Source of the DNA: a virus
Lineage: Duplodnaviria > Caudoviricetes
Direction: 5' to 3' (one strand)
IMG/VR virus record: IMGVR_UViG_3300032225_002734
Location: 1-51,430 of that record
DNA length: 51,430 bases
The notes beneath the pieces were generated by a model. The model had not been told where the DNA came from, made no database searches, and was given only the letters and a program-made list of their open reading frames with translations. The translations under genes were made by a program, and so were the position numbers. Every line of letters begins with the position of its first letter. The first letter of the stretch is position 1. Shown here piece after piece: positions 17,508 through 26,952 of the stretch.

Positions 17508-18154
17508 GTTTTAAAAAGATGTTCTTCATTTGTAGAATATACTTTTATTTTTTTCTCTTCTGCGAATTCATCAACTGCTAACTTGACTTGATACGTATAC
17601 GCCTCGGTCTGCTCATAGTTTAATTTATTTATAGTTTTCATATGCAAAACCTTATTTAAGTAATCATGCCCCGCAAATAATCCTCCTTTTTTTAATTTTG
17701 GATACCATAAAGAAATATCTTTTTTTGCCATTTCATAAGAATGATTGGCGTCAATATAAATAAAATCAAAAAAATTATCTTCAAAAAATTTAACCGCATT
17801 ATCAGAAAAATCTTTAATAATTTTTAATCTATTAAAATAATTTTTATTGTTATTGATTGTAGAAATTAAATTTTCTGCCATTTCTGCATCGCTGGCATTT
17901 AATATATCATGATACAGACTTGGATCTTGTGCCTGCCAACAATCTAAAAGGTACAAATTTAAATCTGGACAAGTTTTTAATATTGCATTAGAAAATTCTC
18001 CTTTATAAACCCCAACCTCAATTCCATTTCCAGATGGTTGGAATATTTCTATTAATTTTTCCCTAGAAGAAATATTATCTAATAAATTTTCTAGAATTTT
18101 ATTTGGCGTATGATTAATGCTCTCCACAAAATTAAGAAAGTATAATTGGTGCAT
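17489..18154 (-). CDS. Class I SAM-dependent methyltransferase (Methyltransf_24-like)
   Basis: GIEVGVYKG, LDCW, DFIYIDANHSYE, LKKGGLFAGHDY. Confidence 0.9.
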   Translation of the reverse strand: MHQLYFLNFVESINHTPNKILENLLDNISSREKLIEIFQPSGNGIEVGVYKGEFSNAILKTCPDLNLYLLDCWQAQDPSLYHDILNASDAEMAENLISTINNNKNYFNRLKIIKDFSDNAVKFFEDNFFDFIYIDANHSYEMAKKDISLWYPKLKKGGLFAGHDYLNKVLHMKTINKLNYEQTEAYTYQVKLAVDEFAEEKKIKVYSTNEEHLFKTWFILK

Positions 18155-18180
18155 AAGCAGTCATTGGATTAAAAATAAAA

Positions 18181-18738
18181 TTATTTAATAAAAAACCACG
18201 TAGGCCAAGATTCGTTGGTGGAATTAACTTTTAAATTATTTTCTAAAATAAATTCATCTACTGCTGATTTTACTCCAAAAACTCCATTGCTATTTACTGC
18301 ATCTACATAATCGTGACCAGCAAATAAACCACCTTTTTTAAGTTTTGGAAACCATTTATTTATATCATTTTTTGCGGCTTCATAACTATGATTTGCGTCA
18401 ATAAAGATAAAATCAAAAAAATTATCTTGAAAAAAATCTACAAATTCATCAGAGTAACCTTTAATAATTTTAACATTATGAAAAAAATTGGAAACATTAG
18501 AAATTGTGTTTTTCATAAATTCGACTTGCGTTTTATTATCTACATTTGATATATCCTGATATATTGAATCTGGTTGATTATCCCAACAATCTAATAGATA
18601 TAGATTAAGATTATTGCAGTTCTCTAATATATGTTTAGAAAAAGCTCCTTCTTTAACTCCAATCTCAATGCCATTTCCAGTTGGTTTAAGAATTTTAATT
18701 AAATTCTCTCTAGAGTCTATATTTTCTAAATTTAACAT
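18181..18738 (-). CDS. Class I SAM-dependent methyltransferase, tandem paralogue
   Basis: GIEIGVKEG, DFIFIDANHSYE, LKKGGLFAGHDY. Confidence 0.9.
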   Translation of the reverse strand: MLNLENIDSRENLIKILKPTGNGIEIGVKEGAFSKHILENCNNLNLYLLDCWDNQPDSIYQDISNVDNKTQVEFMKNTISNVSNFFHNVKIIKGYSDEFVDFFQDNFFDFIFIDANHSYEAAKNDINKWFPKLKKGGLFAGHDYVDAVNSNGVFGVKSAVDEFILENNLKVNSTNESWPTWFFIK

Positions 18739-18740
18739 AT

Positions 18741-19889
18741 TTATGATGTAAGGGCATTAATAAATTTATCATAAAAATAGTCTACAATAGGTTTATTTTC
18801 TTCCAAATAAGATCTTAAATTATCAATTCCTTGGTGTTGTTTTTTAAGTTCTAAATTTTGCGTTTTTAATTCTGCGATAATTTCATCAGAAAATGTAACC
18901 CATGCACCTTTTGCTATTGCAAATTCCCAAGCTAAAATTTGATCAATTACTTCGTATTCCTTCCATACTGAAGACCCGTCTTTTCTCCCATATTTAATTG
19001 GATACTGAACTTTAGAATTAGTGGATTCATTAGTAGATTTTTTGATTGCAATTTTTACATTATGTCCAATAATTTTATTCTTTGACTGATCGTATTTTTC
19101 ATTCGGTTTCTCTAAAATAAGATCTTTGTTATATTTTGGTTCAAATTCTAAAATCCAATTAGCAAAATGCAAAAGAGCATTTCCACCAGTCGCTGTAGTT
19201 TGCCTAATATCTTTATTGGAAGCATACGGATCGAGTTTAATATCCGACCTGACTTGGCTTATGAATATGGCCATATGCCCTCGCTTAGACAAAGCGAGAG
19301 AAATTTTTTTCATAAGCATAGATGATATTACCGCTCCGCCTGCGACTTTAGTGGCCTCTGTTAAACTTTTTTGACTATCGCCTTTCGTTATTAAACCGTC
19401 TACCGAATCTAATATAAAAATATATCTTTTGTTTTCTTGATTATTTTGGATTAAATCTTTCATTAATTCTGAAACCGTTTCAAAAATATTGCACTCAAAA
19501 ACAAAACAAGTTCCGTCTTCCCATTGTTCTGGATCAGTAACAAATTTTAGGCCAGACCTTTCTTGAATTTCTTTGCTTAATCTTCCTTCAGCTTTGAAAA
19601 GCAATGCTCTAGAATTAGGGACTGACTTCAGAAAATTTTTTGTTACTTCTAGTGCTTCGCTAGTTTTGCCGCCTTCATTCATGCCCAAAAATCTATGTAA
19701 TCCGGGGGTAAGCCCTCCACCTGTGGCTATGTCTAAATTCAAGCTTCCAGTAGAAACTTTATAATAAATTTCCTCTTCAAAGTTATAATGATCCTCTTTA
19801 TTCTCTCTTAAAAAAGAGATTAATCTAGATTTAGACGATGGCCCGTCATTTTCTTTAGCTATTGCTTCTTCTTTAGGTTTTCTTCCCAT
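18741..19889 (-). CDS. recA: RecA/UvsX-like recombinase
   Basis: STGSLNLDIATGGG, GMNEGGKTS, LDSV, FISQVR, TGGNAL. Confidence 0.9.
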   Translation of the reverse strand: MGRKPKEEAIAKENDGPSSKSRLISFLRENKEDHYNFEEEIYYKVSTGSLNLDIATGGGLTPGLHRFLGMNEGGKTSEALEVTKNFLKSVPNSRALLFKAEGRLSKEIQERSGLKFVTDPEQWEDGTCFVFECNIFETVSELMKDLIQNNQENKRYIFILDSVDGLITKGDSQKSLTEATKVAGGAVISSMLMKKISLALSKRGHMAIFISQVRSDIKLDPYASNKDIRQTTATGGNALLHFANWILEFEPKYNKDLILEKPNEKYDQSKNKIIGHNVKIAIKKSTNESTNSKVQYPIKYGRKDGSSVWKEYEVIDQILAWEFAIAKGAWVTFSDEIIAELKTQNLELKKQHQGIDNLRSYLEENKPIVDYFYDKFINALTS

Positions 19890-20209
19890 GATCTTATAAA
19901 TTGTAATAGAGTTTTAGGTTTTTGACAAGTATTTTTATCTTCTCCAACTTTTTTATCTTTAATAGAATAAGATATTCTATTGGTTTCTTTTAAATTTTGT
20001 TTTTTGAGTTCTAAATTTATGAATTTAATCCCATCTTCAGTTAAAAACCAGGCTAAACTATTTAATTTTGCTGAATTTAAATTATTCCAAAATTTATCAC
20101 CTTTGTATTGTTTTATTAATTTTTGTGCTATTTTTATTTCTCTTGGCCAATTTATATTAGTTTGAATATATTTTTTTATAATATATTGGCATAATTTATG
20201 ACTCGACAT
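19859..20209 (-). CDS. Hypothetical basic protein
   Basis: 116-aa ORF directly after a promoter. Confidence 0.6.
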   Translation of the reverse strand: MSSHKLCQYIIKKYIQTNINWPREIKIAQKLIKQYKGDKFWNNLNSAKLNSLAWFLTEDGIKFINLELKKQNLKETNRISYSIKDKKVGEDKNTCQKPKTLLQFIRSWEENLKKKQ

Positions 20210-20216
20210 AGCTCAA

Positions 20217-20245
20217 ATTTTAATTAACCTTTAATAAGTTGTCAA
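20217..20245 (-). promoter_or_regulatory. Sigma70-like promoter, leaderless
   Basis: TTGACA-17-TAAAAT, 7 nt before ATG. Confidence 0.7.
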
Positions 20246-20270
20246 ACAATTTTATATTAATATATTAAAA

Positions 20271-21425
20271 TTAATTTTCTTTAATTGCATTTTCCATCAT
20301 TCTTTTAATTAATTCATTAAAAGATATTTTTTTTCTCCATCCTAATTCTTTTTGAATTTTTTGCGAAGATCCTAGTAATTTATTAACTTCTGCGGGCCTA
20401 TATAAATTCGAATTAATTTTAACTAGAATTTGTTTTTTTCTATTTAAATTAATAGTATAAATTTCATTCAAATCTTTTTTTTCGCCATTAAACTCCCAAC
20501 GACCCGTAATCCCAATTTCTAAAAAACTTTTTTCTACAAATTCTTTTATAGAGTGACTATTTTCAGAGGCTAGTACGTAATCTTTTGGTTCTCCATCATA
20601 ATTTTGATTATATAAATCTTGATTTAGCATTCTCCAAACGCCATCCATAAAATCTTCTGCATCGCTCCAATCTCTTGTGGCATATATGTTGCCTAACTCC
20701 AGTGGAGAGAAATCTATTTTATTATCTATTTGTTTTTTAATTTGAGCTATTTTTTGCACTATTTTTTGGGTGACAAATTCTTGGCCTCTTCTTGGGCCTT
20801 CGTGATTAAAAAGCCATCCTTGTATTGCATATAAACTATATGAATCTCTATAAACTTTAACTAATTGTCTAGCGGCGGCTTTGCTGGCTCCATATGGACT
20901 TCTTGGGCGAAGAGGATGATTTTCATCTTGCGGGCTATAAATTACATTTCCAAATTCTTCGCTTGATCCAGCTTGATAAAATCTACATGATGGTTTATAT
21001 AATCTTATTGCTTCTAATATGTCTAAAACTGCTGTGGAATTCGTATTCCATGTTTGTCGAGCAAAATCCCAGCTGCTTGCTACAAAACTTTGTGCAGCAA
21101 AATTAATAAAATATTCTGGTTGTATTCTTTCTATTACCCTAGATATAGAATGAGGATCGGTGAGATCAAAATTAATTAATTTAAATCTTTCAGAATTGAT
21201 ATGTTTGATATTTTTGTGATTATACACACTTAGCCTTCTAACGCCGCCAAAAACTAAAAGATTGGTATTTTTTAATAGATAATCCACCATTAAGCTACCA
21301 TCTTGACCAGTGACGCCAGTAACTATGCATTTCCCCCCATAATGGATCATTTTAGAAGCCTCTTCTATATTTAGAATATTAACTGAATCAATTTTTTTTC
21401 CATGATAAGATTCGTTATAATGCAT
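20271..21425 (-). CDS. gmd: GDP-mannose 4,6-dehydratase
   Basis: TGVTGQDGS, AAQSFV, YQAGSSEEFG, PRSPYGASK, LFNHE, RDW, YRPAEV. Confidence 0.95.
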   Translation of the reverse strand: MHYNESYHGKKIDSVNILNIEEASKMIHYGGKCIVTGVTGQDGSLMVDYLLKNTNLLVFGGVRRLSVYNHKNIKHINSERFKLINFDLTDPHSISRVIERIQPEYFINFAAQSFVASSWDFARQTWNTNSTAVLDILEAIRLYKPSCRFYQAGSSEEFGNVIYSPQDENHPLRPRSPYGASKAAARQLVKVYRDSYSLYAIQGWLFNHEGPRRGQEFVTQKIVQKIAQIKKQIDNKIDFSPLELGNIYATRDWSDAEDFMDGVWRMLNQDLYNQNYDGEPKDYVLASENSHSIKEFVEKSFLEIGITGRWEFNGEKKDLNEIYTINLNRKKQILVKINSNLYRPAEVNKLLGSSQKIQKELGWRKKISFNELIKRMMENAIKEN

Positions 21426-21438
21426 ATTGATATAATAT

Positions 21439-22269
21439 TTAATTTAAGTATTCTTTTCCAAAAGTTATTAATTTTTCATTAAAATTTTCAAATATAAATT
21501 GTTTATATTTTTTTTGCTCTATAATTTTATCAAAAATATTAGGATTTATTTTCAAATTAAAACAAATTTCTGATGGGCATTTCTCAGATTTAAAATTCAA
21601 ATCATTAACGTTATTATCATATCTTTGATTTATTATTTCCGAAGAATATCCGTAATTTTTGTATTCAAAATGCTTGTACCACAATTGCTTTAAAGCGTAA
21701 AATTTTTTATTTAATGCCTGCAAATGAATAACTCCAAAATCTTTTGTAGCAAAATACGGAAGATTTTTCGGAATAATTCTCCAAGAAGAATGATAATTCG
21801 AATTTTTTAAATTTAAATTATTTATATTATTAACATTAGCTAAAAATAAATGATATGAATTTTCATAATACCCATCTGTTCTAAATTGACATAAGTCATT
21901 ATTAATCACATTAAACCAATAAAAATATATATTTGAATTATCAAAATTATTTAATATATTTTTTAAATTTTTAGAAAGATTTGAAGACAGCAATTCATCA
22001 GAATCTATGGAGGCTATATATTTTGCCCCATTTTCTTTACTATAATCAAGCATGAGTTGTCTGCTTTTTGATTCATTAAAATGATCAAATTGATAATTTA
22101 ATATCTTTAATTTATCATGAGGAATATGACTCGTAATAACGTCTATAGACTTATCTGTAGAATTGTCATTAAAAAAAACAAATTTATCTATATCATAGTT
22201 CTTCCATATAGGAAGAACATTGTCTAGCAGTATTTCTTCATTTTTAATCAATGTATTAAAAAATATCAT
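21439..22269 (-). CDS. GT2-like glycosyltransferase
   Basis: IKNEE, NDNSTDKS, IDSDE. Confidence 0.75.
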   Translation of the reverse strand: MIFFNTLIKNEEILLDNVLPIWKNYDIDKFVFFNDNSTDKSIDVITSHIPHDKLKILNYQFDHFNESKSRQLMLDYSKENGAKYIASIDSDELLSSNLSKNLKNILNNFDNSNIYFYWFNVINNDLCQFRTDGYYENSYHLFLANVNNINNLNLKNSNYHSSWRIIPKNLPYFATKDFGVIHLQALNKKFYALKQLWYKHFEYKNYGYSSEIINQRYDNNVNDLNFKSEKCPSEICFNLKINPNIFDKIIEQKKYKQFIFENFNEKLITFGKEYLN

Positions 22270-22966
22270 TTATTTTGATTGCTTCTTTTTCGGCTAAATA
22301 CTTTATATATGATATTCGCCCATATTCATCTACCCCGAGAACGTTTCCATGTCCATCATAAGCTTGACCGATATGAAACTCTTTTATTCTTTCGCCTGAT
22401 AATTTTGGAAAAGATTTTTTTTCGTAAAATTCATCGTGAACCATGCAAGTATTTTTTATGATGGGGTAGATTTTCTGGGCTAAAAATTTTTGATCAGACT
22501 CATAATCGTTACTTTTTGTCCATGAAGATATTAAATCGTTCATATCGGTTATATAAGGATTCTTTAACCCCCACATACCAGCCATTATTGGTCTAGCGTG
22601 ATATGGATGATCTCTCATAATGTGAGCTATTTTATTTGATTTTTCCCACTCTAATACAGCTTCTTTTTCTCTTTTAGAAAGTCTAGAGTCCGCATCTCTG
22701 CTAATAAAGATAGATACTTTGTGGTCGGACGCAGGCAGAAATCTAAATAAGGTAGAAGACCAATTTGGATCCCCAAAAAAAAATTCTATTTCAGTATTAT
22801 CATAACTTGTTATTTTTTTTATAATTTTAGGACAAACAAATTCATTTATATAAAATCTACAAATCCAATCAGGATAATATATTTTTGCTAATTCTATATT
22901 CTGTATTGCGCCAAAAAGATATCTAGTATTATCGCCCCATAAGGAAAATGATATTATTTTTTTCAT
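22256..22966 (-). CDS. Putative GT-A glycosyltransferase
   Basis: IISFSLWG, SRDADSR (DxD), HIMRDHPYH, AGMWG, DQKFL. Confidence 0.6.
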   Translation of the reverse strand: MKKIISFSLWGDNTRYLFGAIQNIELAKIYYPDWICRFYINEFVCPKIIKKITSYDNTEIEFFFGDPNWSSTLFRFLPASDHKVSIFISRDADSRLSKREKEAVLEWEKSNKIAHIMRDHPYHARPIMAGMWGLKNPYITDMNDLISSWTKSNDYESDQKFLAQKIYPIIKNTCMVHDEFYEKKSFPKLSGERIKEFHIGQAYDGHGNVLGVDEYGRISYIKYLAEKEAIKINDIF

Positions 22967-23691
22967 AACAATTTTAAATATTTTCTTCTCATCTGCGTGA
23001 CTTCTTCGATCATTCTATTTAAATTTTCTTTATTTGTAGACTTACCATCCGGATTATCATAATACAAACCAATTGGATGATTTAGCATTTTCATTTTCGC
23101 CCCATTCGCGCATGCTTTTAACCACATGTCTCCGTCTGCTGCAGATTCATATTTTTCATCAAAAAAACCAAACCTTTCGTGAAGATCTTTCCTCCACATA
23201 GGCATGCAATGTGGAGAATTATTCATTAATAAATTATGGAATGAATGTGGTAAACATGGATATATTTTTTCATAAGAATTTTCAATATATTTTTCGTTAG
23301 GTATATTAGAAATATAGGTGTATCCATAAATTAAATCTAAAGATTTGTCTTTTGATATTTCCTTATATAATATTTCTAAACCAAAATCAGGCTTTCTATC
23401 ATCTATGTTCCAATTTGTCACAAACTCTGTGGTGGCCTCTTTTATTGCTATGTTCCAGCATTGATATAATCCTGGATCTTTTTTAAAATTAATAGATTTA
23501 GCATTTTTATATTTTAAACAGAATTCTTTTATTTTATTTTGCGTAGAAATATCATCTTCAAAAGCCGCATGGACAAAAATGCAATTAATTTGGTTAAAAA
23601 TTGTTTGATTTTTTAAATTATTTAAATAACCATCTATAAATTTTTCTCCACGAAAAATAGAAGCAAATACTGTAAGATTTCGTTTAATCAA
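22963..23691 (-). CDS. GT2-family glycosyltransferase
   Basis: GLYQCWN, WNIDDR, GFFDE, DGDMWL. Confidence 0.8.
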   Translation of the reverse strand: MIKRNLTVFASIFRGEKFIDGYLNNLKNQTIFNQINCIFVHAAFEDDISTQNKIKEFCLKYKNAKSINFKKDPGLYQCWNIAIKEATTEFVTNWNIDDRKPDFGLEILYKEISKDKSLDLIYGYTYISNIPNEKYIENSYEKIYPCLPHSFHNLLMNNSPHCMPMWRKDLHERFGFFDEKYESAADGDMWLKACANGAKMKMLNHPIGLYYDNPDGKSTNKENLNRMIEEVTQMRRKYLKLL

Positions 23692-24322
23692 AAGAGCTCC
23701 CGCTAAAACTCATACCATCCTTAGTCATTCCTCCCGTATAAGACCATGTTCCATTAGAAAAAGTAATTCTTCCGGTGGTAGTAGATATAACGGATCCGCC
23801 TATCTTGACTTTTTCTACCATAAAATCTGTTCTGAATGTAGGACTACCCGTATAACTAAAAGGAACATTTATTGCACTTAAAATATTGCTGCCAGAAGCT
23901 CTTATTGTGTTGCATCCACAATCTTGACTACAAATATCAAAATTATTATAGCTTGAGCCGTACTTGGTCGTACTTCCGCCAGTTATTGAGCTTGCGCTTC
24001 TTAATCTAGTTGATGTATAGCCTGTTTGGGCCGCATTACAATAAGTGGAGCTGCCGTCTGGGTTTGTGCCATTTTTAACGTTGCACACGACGCAGCAACT
24101 ACTACACGAGGCCCAAATGTTTGAGCAACTTCCAGTCTCTGAATAACAATATTGACTTAGAGTACCACAAGCACCACAGCTGCTGTGGGAACCAATAAGT
24201 ATACTATTTAAATACAAATTATATTGAGGGTTTGGGCAAAAAGTGATATCTGTGACAGAAACTATATAACCATACAAACAATTTCCTCCACAGCACGGTA
24301 TATAATATGTTCCAGAAGCCAT
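23684..24322 (-). CDS. Cys/Ser/Gly/Thr-rich hypothetical protein
   Basis: 212 aa with 16 Cys; visibly more GC-rich than neighbours. Confidence 0.65.
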   Translation of the reverse strand: MASGTYYIPCCGGNCLYGYIVSVTDITFCPNPQYNLYLNSILIGSHSSCGACGTLSQYCYSETGSCSNIWASCSSCCVVCNVKNGTNPDGSSTYCNAAQTGYTSTRLRSASSITGGSTTKYGSSYNNFDICSQDCGCNTIRASGSNILSAINVPFSYTGSPTFRTDFMVEKVKIGGSVISTTTGRITFSNGTWSYTGGMTKDGMSFSGSSFD

Positions 24323-24372
24323 ATAAATATATTATATTTTTTATTTTAATAAATCTATAATATATTAATATA

Positions 24373-25389
24373 ATGCACGCTATTGTCATATCTAATAAAA
24401 AACAAGATGCAAAAATTGATATTTTTTTTGATGAAAATGCAAAAAGTAAAAATTTTAAAAACTTGGACGATATTACCTTTTTACATAATCAACTAATATC
24501 AAAATTAAAATCATTAAATGAAACCGATGGATATGCAATTTGTATTGATTCTAAAGATGGATATGATTTAGGGATAAAAAAAATATCTGATATAGCTGTA
24601 GAATTTTTAAATGATAATTATCATGATTGGGATATTATTAACATGTCTTCCATAGGTAATGAAATTTGGTCTGCTCAGAGACCCTTGAAAACTTCAAGAA
24701 AATCTTCGTGGGCTTTATCGGAAGATTATATGACTAATAATTTTGTAAAAAAAATATATACATTTCCTAGATATCCTTCTGGAAGAAAGTACTATATGAA
24801 TACTTATTGCAGTATGTATTTAATAAATTTAAAGAATATAAAAAAAATATATGATATATTGTGCCCAATTAGAATGAATGGAATTTTGATAAATTTTTTG
24901 GAGAATTTAAATAAATTAAATTTATATTTTTTAAATTCAAATATAAATAAATTTGAAAGCTATAACAATCCTGGCTCTGCTGATGTCAATTTAGCTTACG
25001 ATCCCACAATATTTTTTGATTGGTATGGTGGAGACCTAAAAAATAAAATTTTTTATGATAATATCTTTATTTTAAAGATCCATAAATCTTTAGTAAATCC
25101 ATTAACAGATGAAGAAATATTAAATAGATTCGTGGTAAAAATAGATAAAAAAATTGTCGATCTAGATGAAGTGAAAATAAGATGGGCTACAGATGATTCA
25201 AATTATAATATAGAAAATAATTTAATTGAAATAGTCTTCTCTGTAAAAACTTCTTTGCAAAAAATACTTCATTCTAAATACTGGAATAAAGAAATTTTGC
25301 TTGAAGCTGTCTATTTATGCCCTCACACTGGTAATAAAATAATAAAAGAAAAAAATCTTTTCTTAAAAAAGATTGACAAAAAGACATAA
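24373..25389 (+). CDS. Degenerate GT25-like protein, paralogue of 25742-26857
   Basis: WDIINMS vs WDILYLS; MYLIN..ILCPI vs AYIIN..ILPI; LKIHKSL vs LMHKSL; lacks the EDD motif. Confidence 0.55.
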   Translation: MHAIVISNKKQDAKIDIFFDENAKSKNFKNLDDITFLHNQLISKLKSLNETDGYAICIDSKDGYDLGIKKISDIAVEFLNDNYHDWDIINMSSIGNEIWSAQRPLKTSRKSSWALSEDYMTNNFVKKIYTFPRYPSGRKYYMNTYCSMYLINLKNIKKIYDILCPIRMNGILINFLENLNKLNLYFLNSNINKFESYNNPGSADVNLAYDPTIFFDWYGGDLKNKIFYDNIFILKIHKSLVNPLTDEEILNRFVVKIDKKIVDLDEVKIRWATDDSNYNIENNLIEIVFSVKTSLQKILHSKYWNKEILLEAVYLCPHTGNKIIKEKNLFLKKIDKKT

Positions 25390-25400
25390 ATATTTATAAT
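25373..25400 (+). promoter_or_regulatory. Consensus sigma70 promoter upstream of non-coding structured region
   Basis: TTGACA (25373-78)-16-TATAAT (25395-400). Confidence 0.75.
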
Positions 25401-25406
25401 TGTAAT

Positions 25407-25700
25407 TGTATCAAGTAGACATACCGCCCAATTAGCGGATAAGGTTTGCCGTACTCCGATAAACGGTAAGTTTTATTAGTTCGCGCGTGGGCAACGCTTC
25501 CGGAGCTTGCGACCCAGATAACCATTAATAAAATAATGGGAGTGTAGGTGTAAGGGCTAACACGAGAATGACAGTCCTACCGGTGTCTGATAAGTGTTAG
25601 GGAGCCGAAAGGCTTATATGACTCAATTGGGAAGTCGAACTAATAGGCTTTTAAAACCCTACACAGGGAAAGCTCCGCTTTGAAGATCTCATTGGGAAGT
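25407..25700 (+). ncRNA. Unassigned large structured RNA candidate (ends approximate)
   Basis: ORF-free, GC-enriched; TATTAGTTCG/CGAACTAATA 10-bp long-range stem; several hairpins incl. AGCC-GAAA-GGCT; potential pseudoknots. Confidence 0.7.
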
Positions 25701-25741
25701 TAAATTAGTCTGATTAAGATAAAAATCTTATAATTATTGGA

Positions 25742-26857
25742 ATGAACGTTTATGTTATTAATGTCGAAAATGCAATAATCAGAAAAAATAAAATATCTAA
25801 AAATTTAAAAGATTGTGGTTATGATAAAGTTACGTTCTTCAAGGCAGTCGAGCCAAAAGATATTAAAAAATATGAAGAATTATATTCTAAAAATTTTAAA
25901 TACAAAGAAGGCACTTTAGCTTGCGCTCTATCTCATACTCTATTATTAAAAGAAATAGAGCTTAAAAATTTTTTAACATCTCCAATATTAGTTTTAGAAG
26001 ATGATATCGTTTTGAATAAAAGCTCGAAATCTATGATTTATCTATTGAATAATTTTTTAAATGACCATGATCAAAATTGGGATATTTTATATCTTAGTTG
26101 GGGTCTCCAAAGCAATACTCATAAACTTTGGGAGGGACAGAAGCCTCTAATAATTGAAGAAAAAAAAATAAATAATGATTGGAGTAAAATCGGACAATTA
26201 ATAAATTTTTATTTTATAAGAAAAATAAAAAAAGAATCAAAAGTTGTAGAATTTTTTGAATGGAGTGATATTTATGTAGATTGGTGTAAAAATGATGTAT
26301 TCAAATATCGATCATTTCAAAATTTGATAAATCAGTCGGCCTATATTATCAATCCCAAAAGAGTAAACCATATCTTATCAAAGATTTTGCCAATAGATGA
26401 AGCGATTGATATTAAAATTTTTAAAAATTTAAATGATATGAATATATATATGCTATCTCCATCTCTAGAAATTGTCAGACCAGATTTAGAAACATCAAAA
26501 GACTCATTAAGGTTAGATTCTGATTATAAGAAAGATATTCATTTTTTGTGGCCAAAATATAACGATATTCTTAATAAAAAATATGATTATACTTTTAAAA
26601 TACTTATGCATAAATCATTAATACATAATGAAGACTATTCTTTTATAAAAGATAAATGTCAATTTTTATTAAATAACAATAAGATAGTTATGGATATTGA
26701 TATTTCCTATAATGAAGATGATTTTACTGAAATAAGTTTTATTTTAGATAAGGATACGTTATGTTCATTACCGGAGAAAAATAGACTTGAATTTATTTTC
26801 GAAACTTTTTGGAGTAAAGAAAAGATTAAAAAAATAATTAATTTTTCGGTTTCTTAG
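25742..26857 (+). CDS. GT25-family glycosyltransferase
   Basis: YVIN...R, FFKAV, GTLACALSH, LVLEDD, AYIIN, AID. Confidence 0.85.
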   Translation: MNVYVINVENAIIRKNKISKNLKDCGYDKVTFFKAVEPKDIKKYEELYSKNFKYKEGTLACALSHTLLLKEIELKNFLTSPILVLEDDIVLNKSSKSMIYLLNNFLNDHDQNWDILYLSWGLQSNTHKLWEGQKPLIIEEKKINNDWSKIGQLINFYFIRKIKKESKVVEFFEWSDIYVDWCKNDVFKYRSFQNLINQSAYIINPKRVNHILSKILPIDEAIDIKIFKNLNDMNIYMLSPSLEIVRPDLETSKDSLRLDSDYKKDIHFLWPKYNDILNKKYDYTFKILMHKSLIHNEDYSFIKDKCQFLLNNNKIVMDIDISYNEDDFTEISFILDKDTLCSLPEKNRLEFIFETFWSKEKIKKIINFSVS

Positions 26858-26952
26858 TACACTTTTTTTCTCAAAAATAAAAATGTTAACAACTTTATTA
26901 AAAAAAACTTTGTATGGCCTTAAAAGTAATGTAATATATTAGCTGATCTATT

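Noticed and set aside
25560-25700. RNase P, group I/II intron or cobalamin riboswitch identity for the structured region
   Set aside because: Only short look-alikes (GACAGTCC, GGGAAAGCTCC, TGGGAAG, GAGCCG) in the wrong order or without required partners; it also does not interrupt a gene. Left unassigned pending Infernal.
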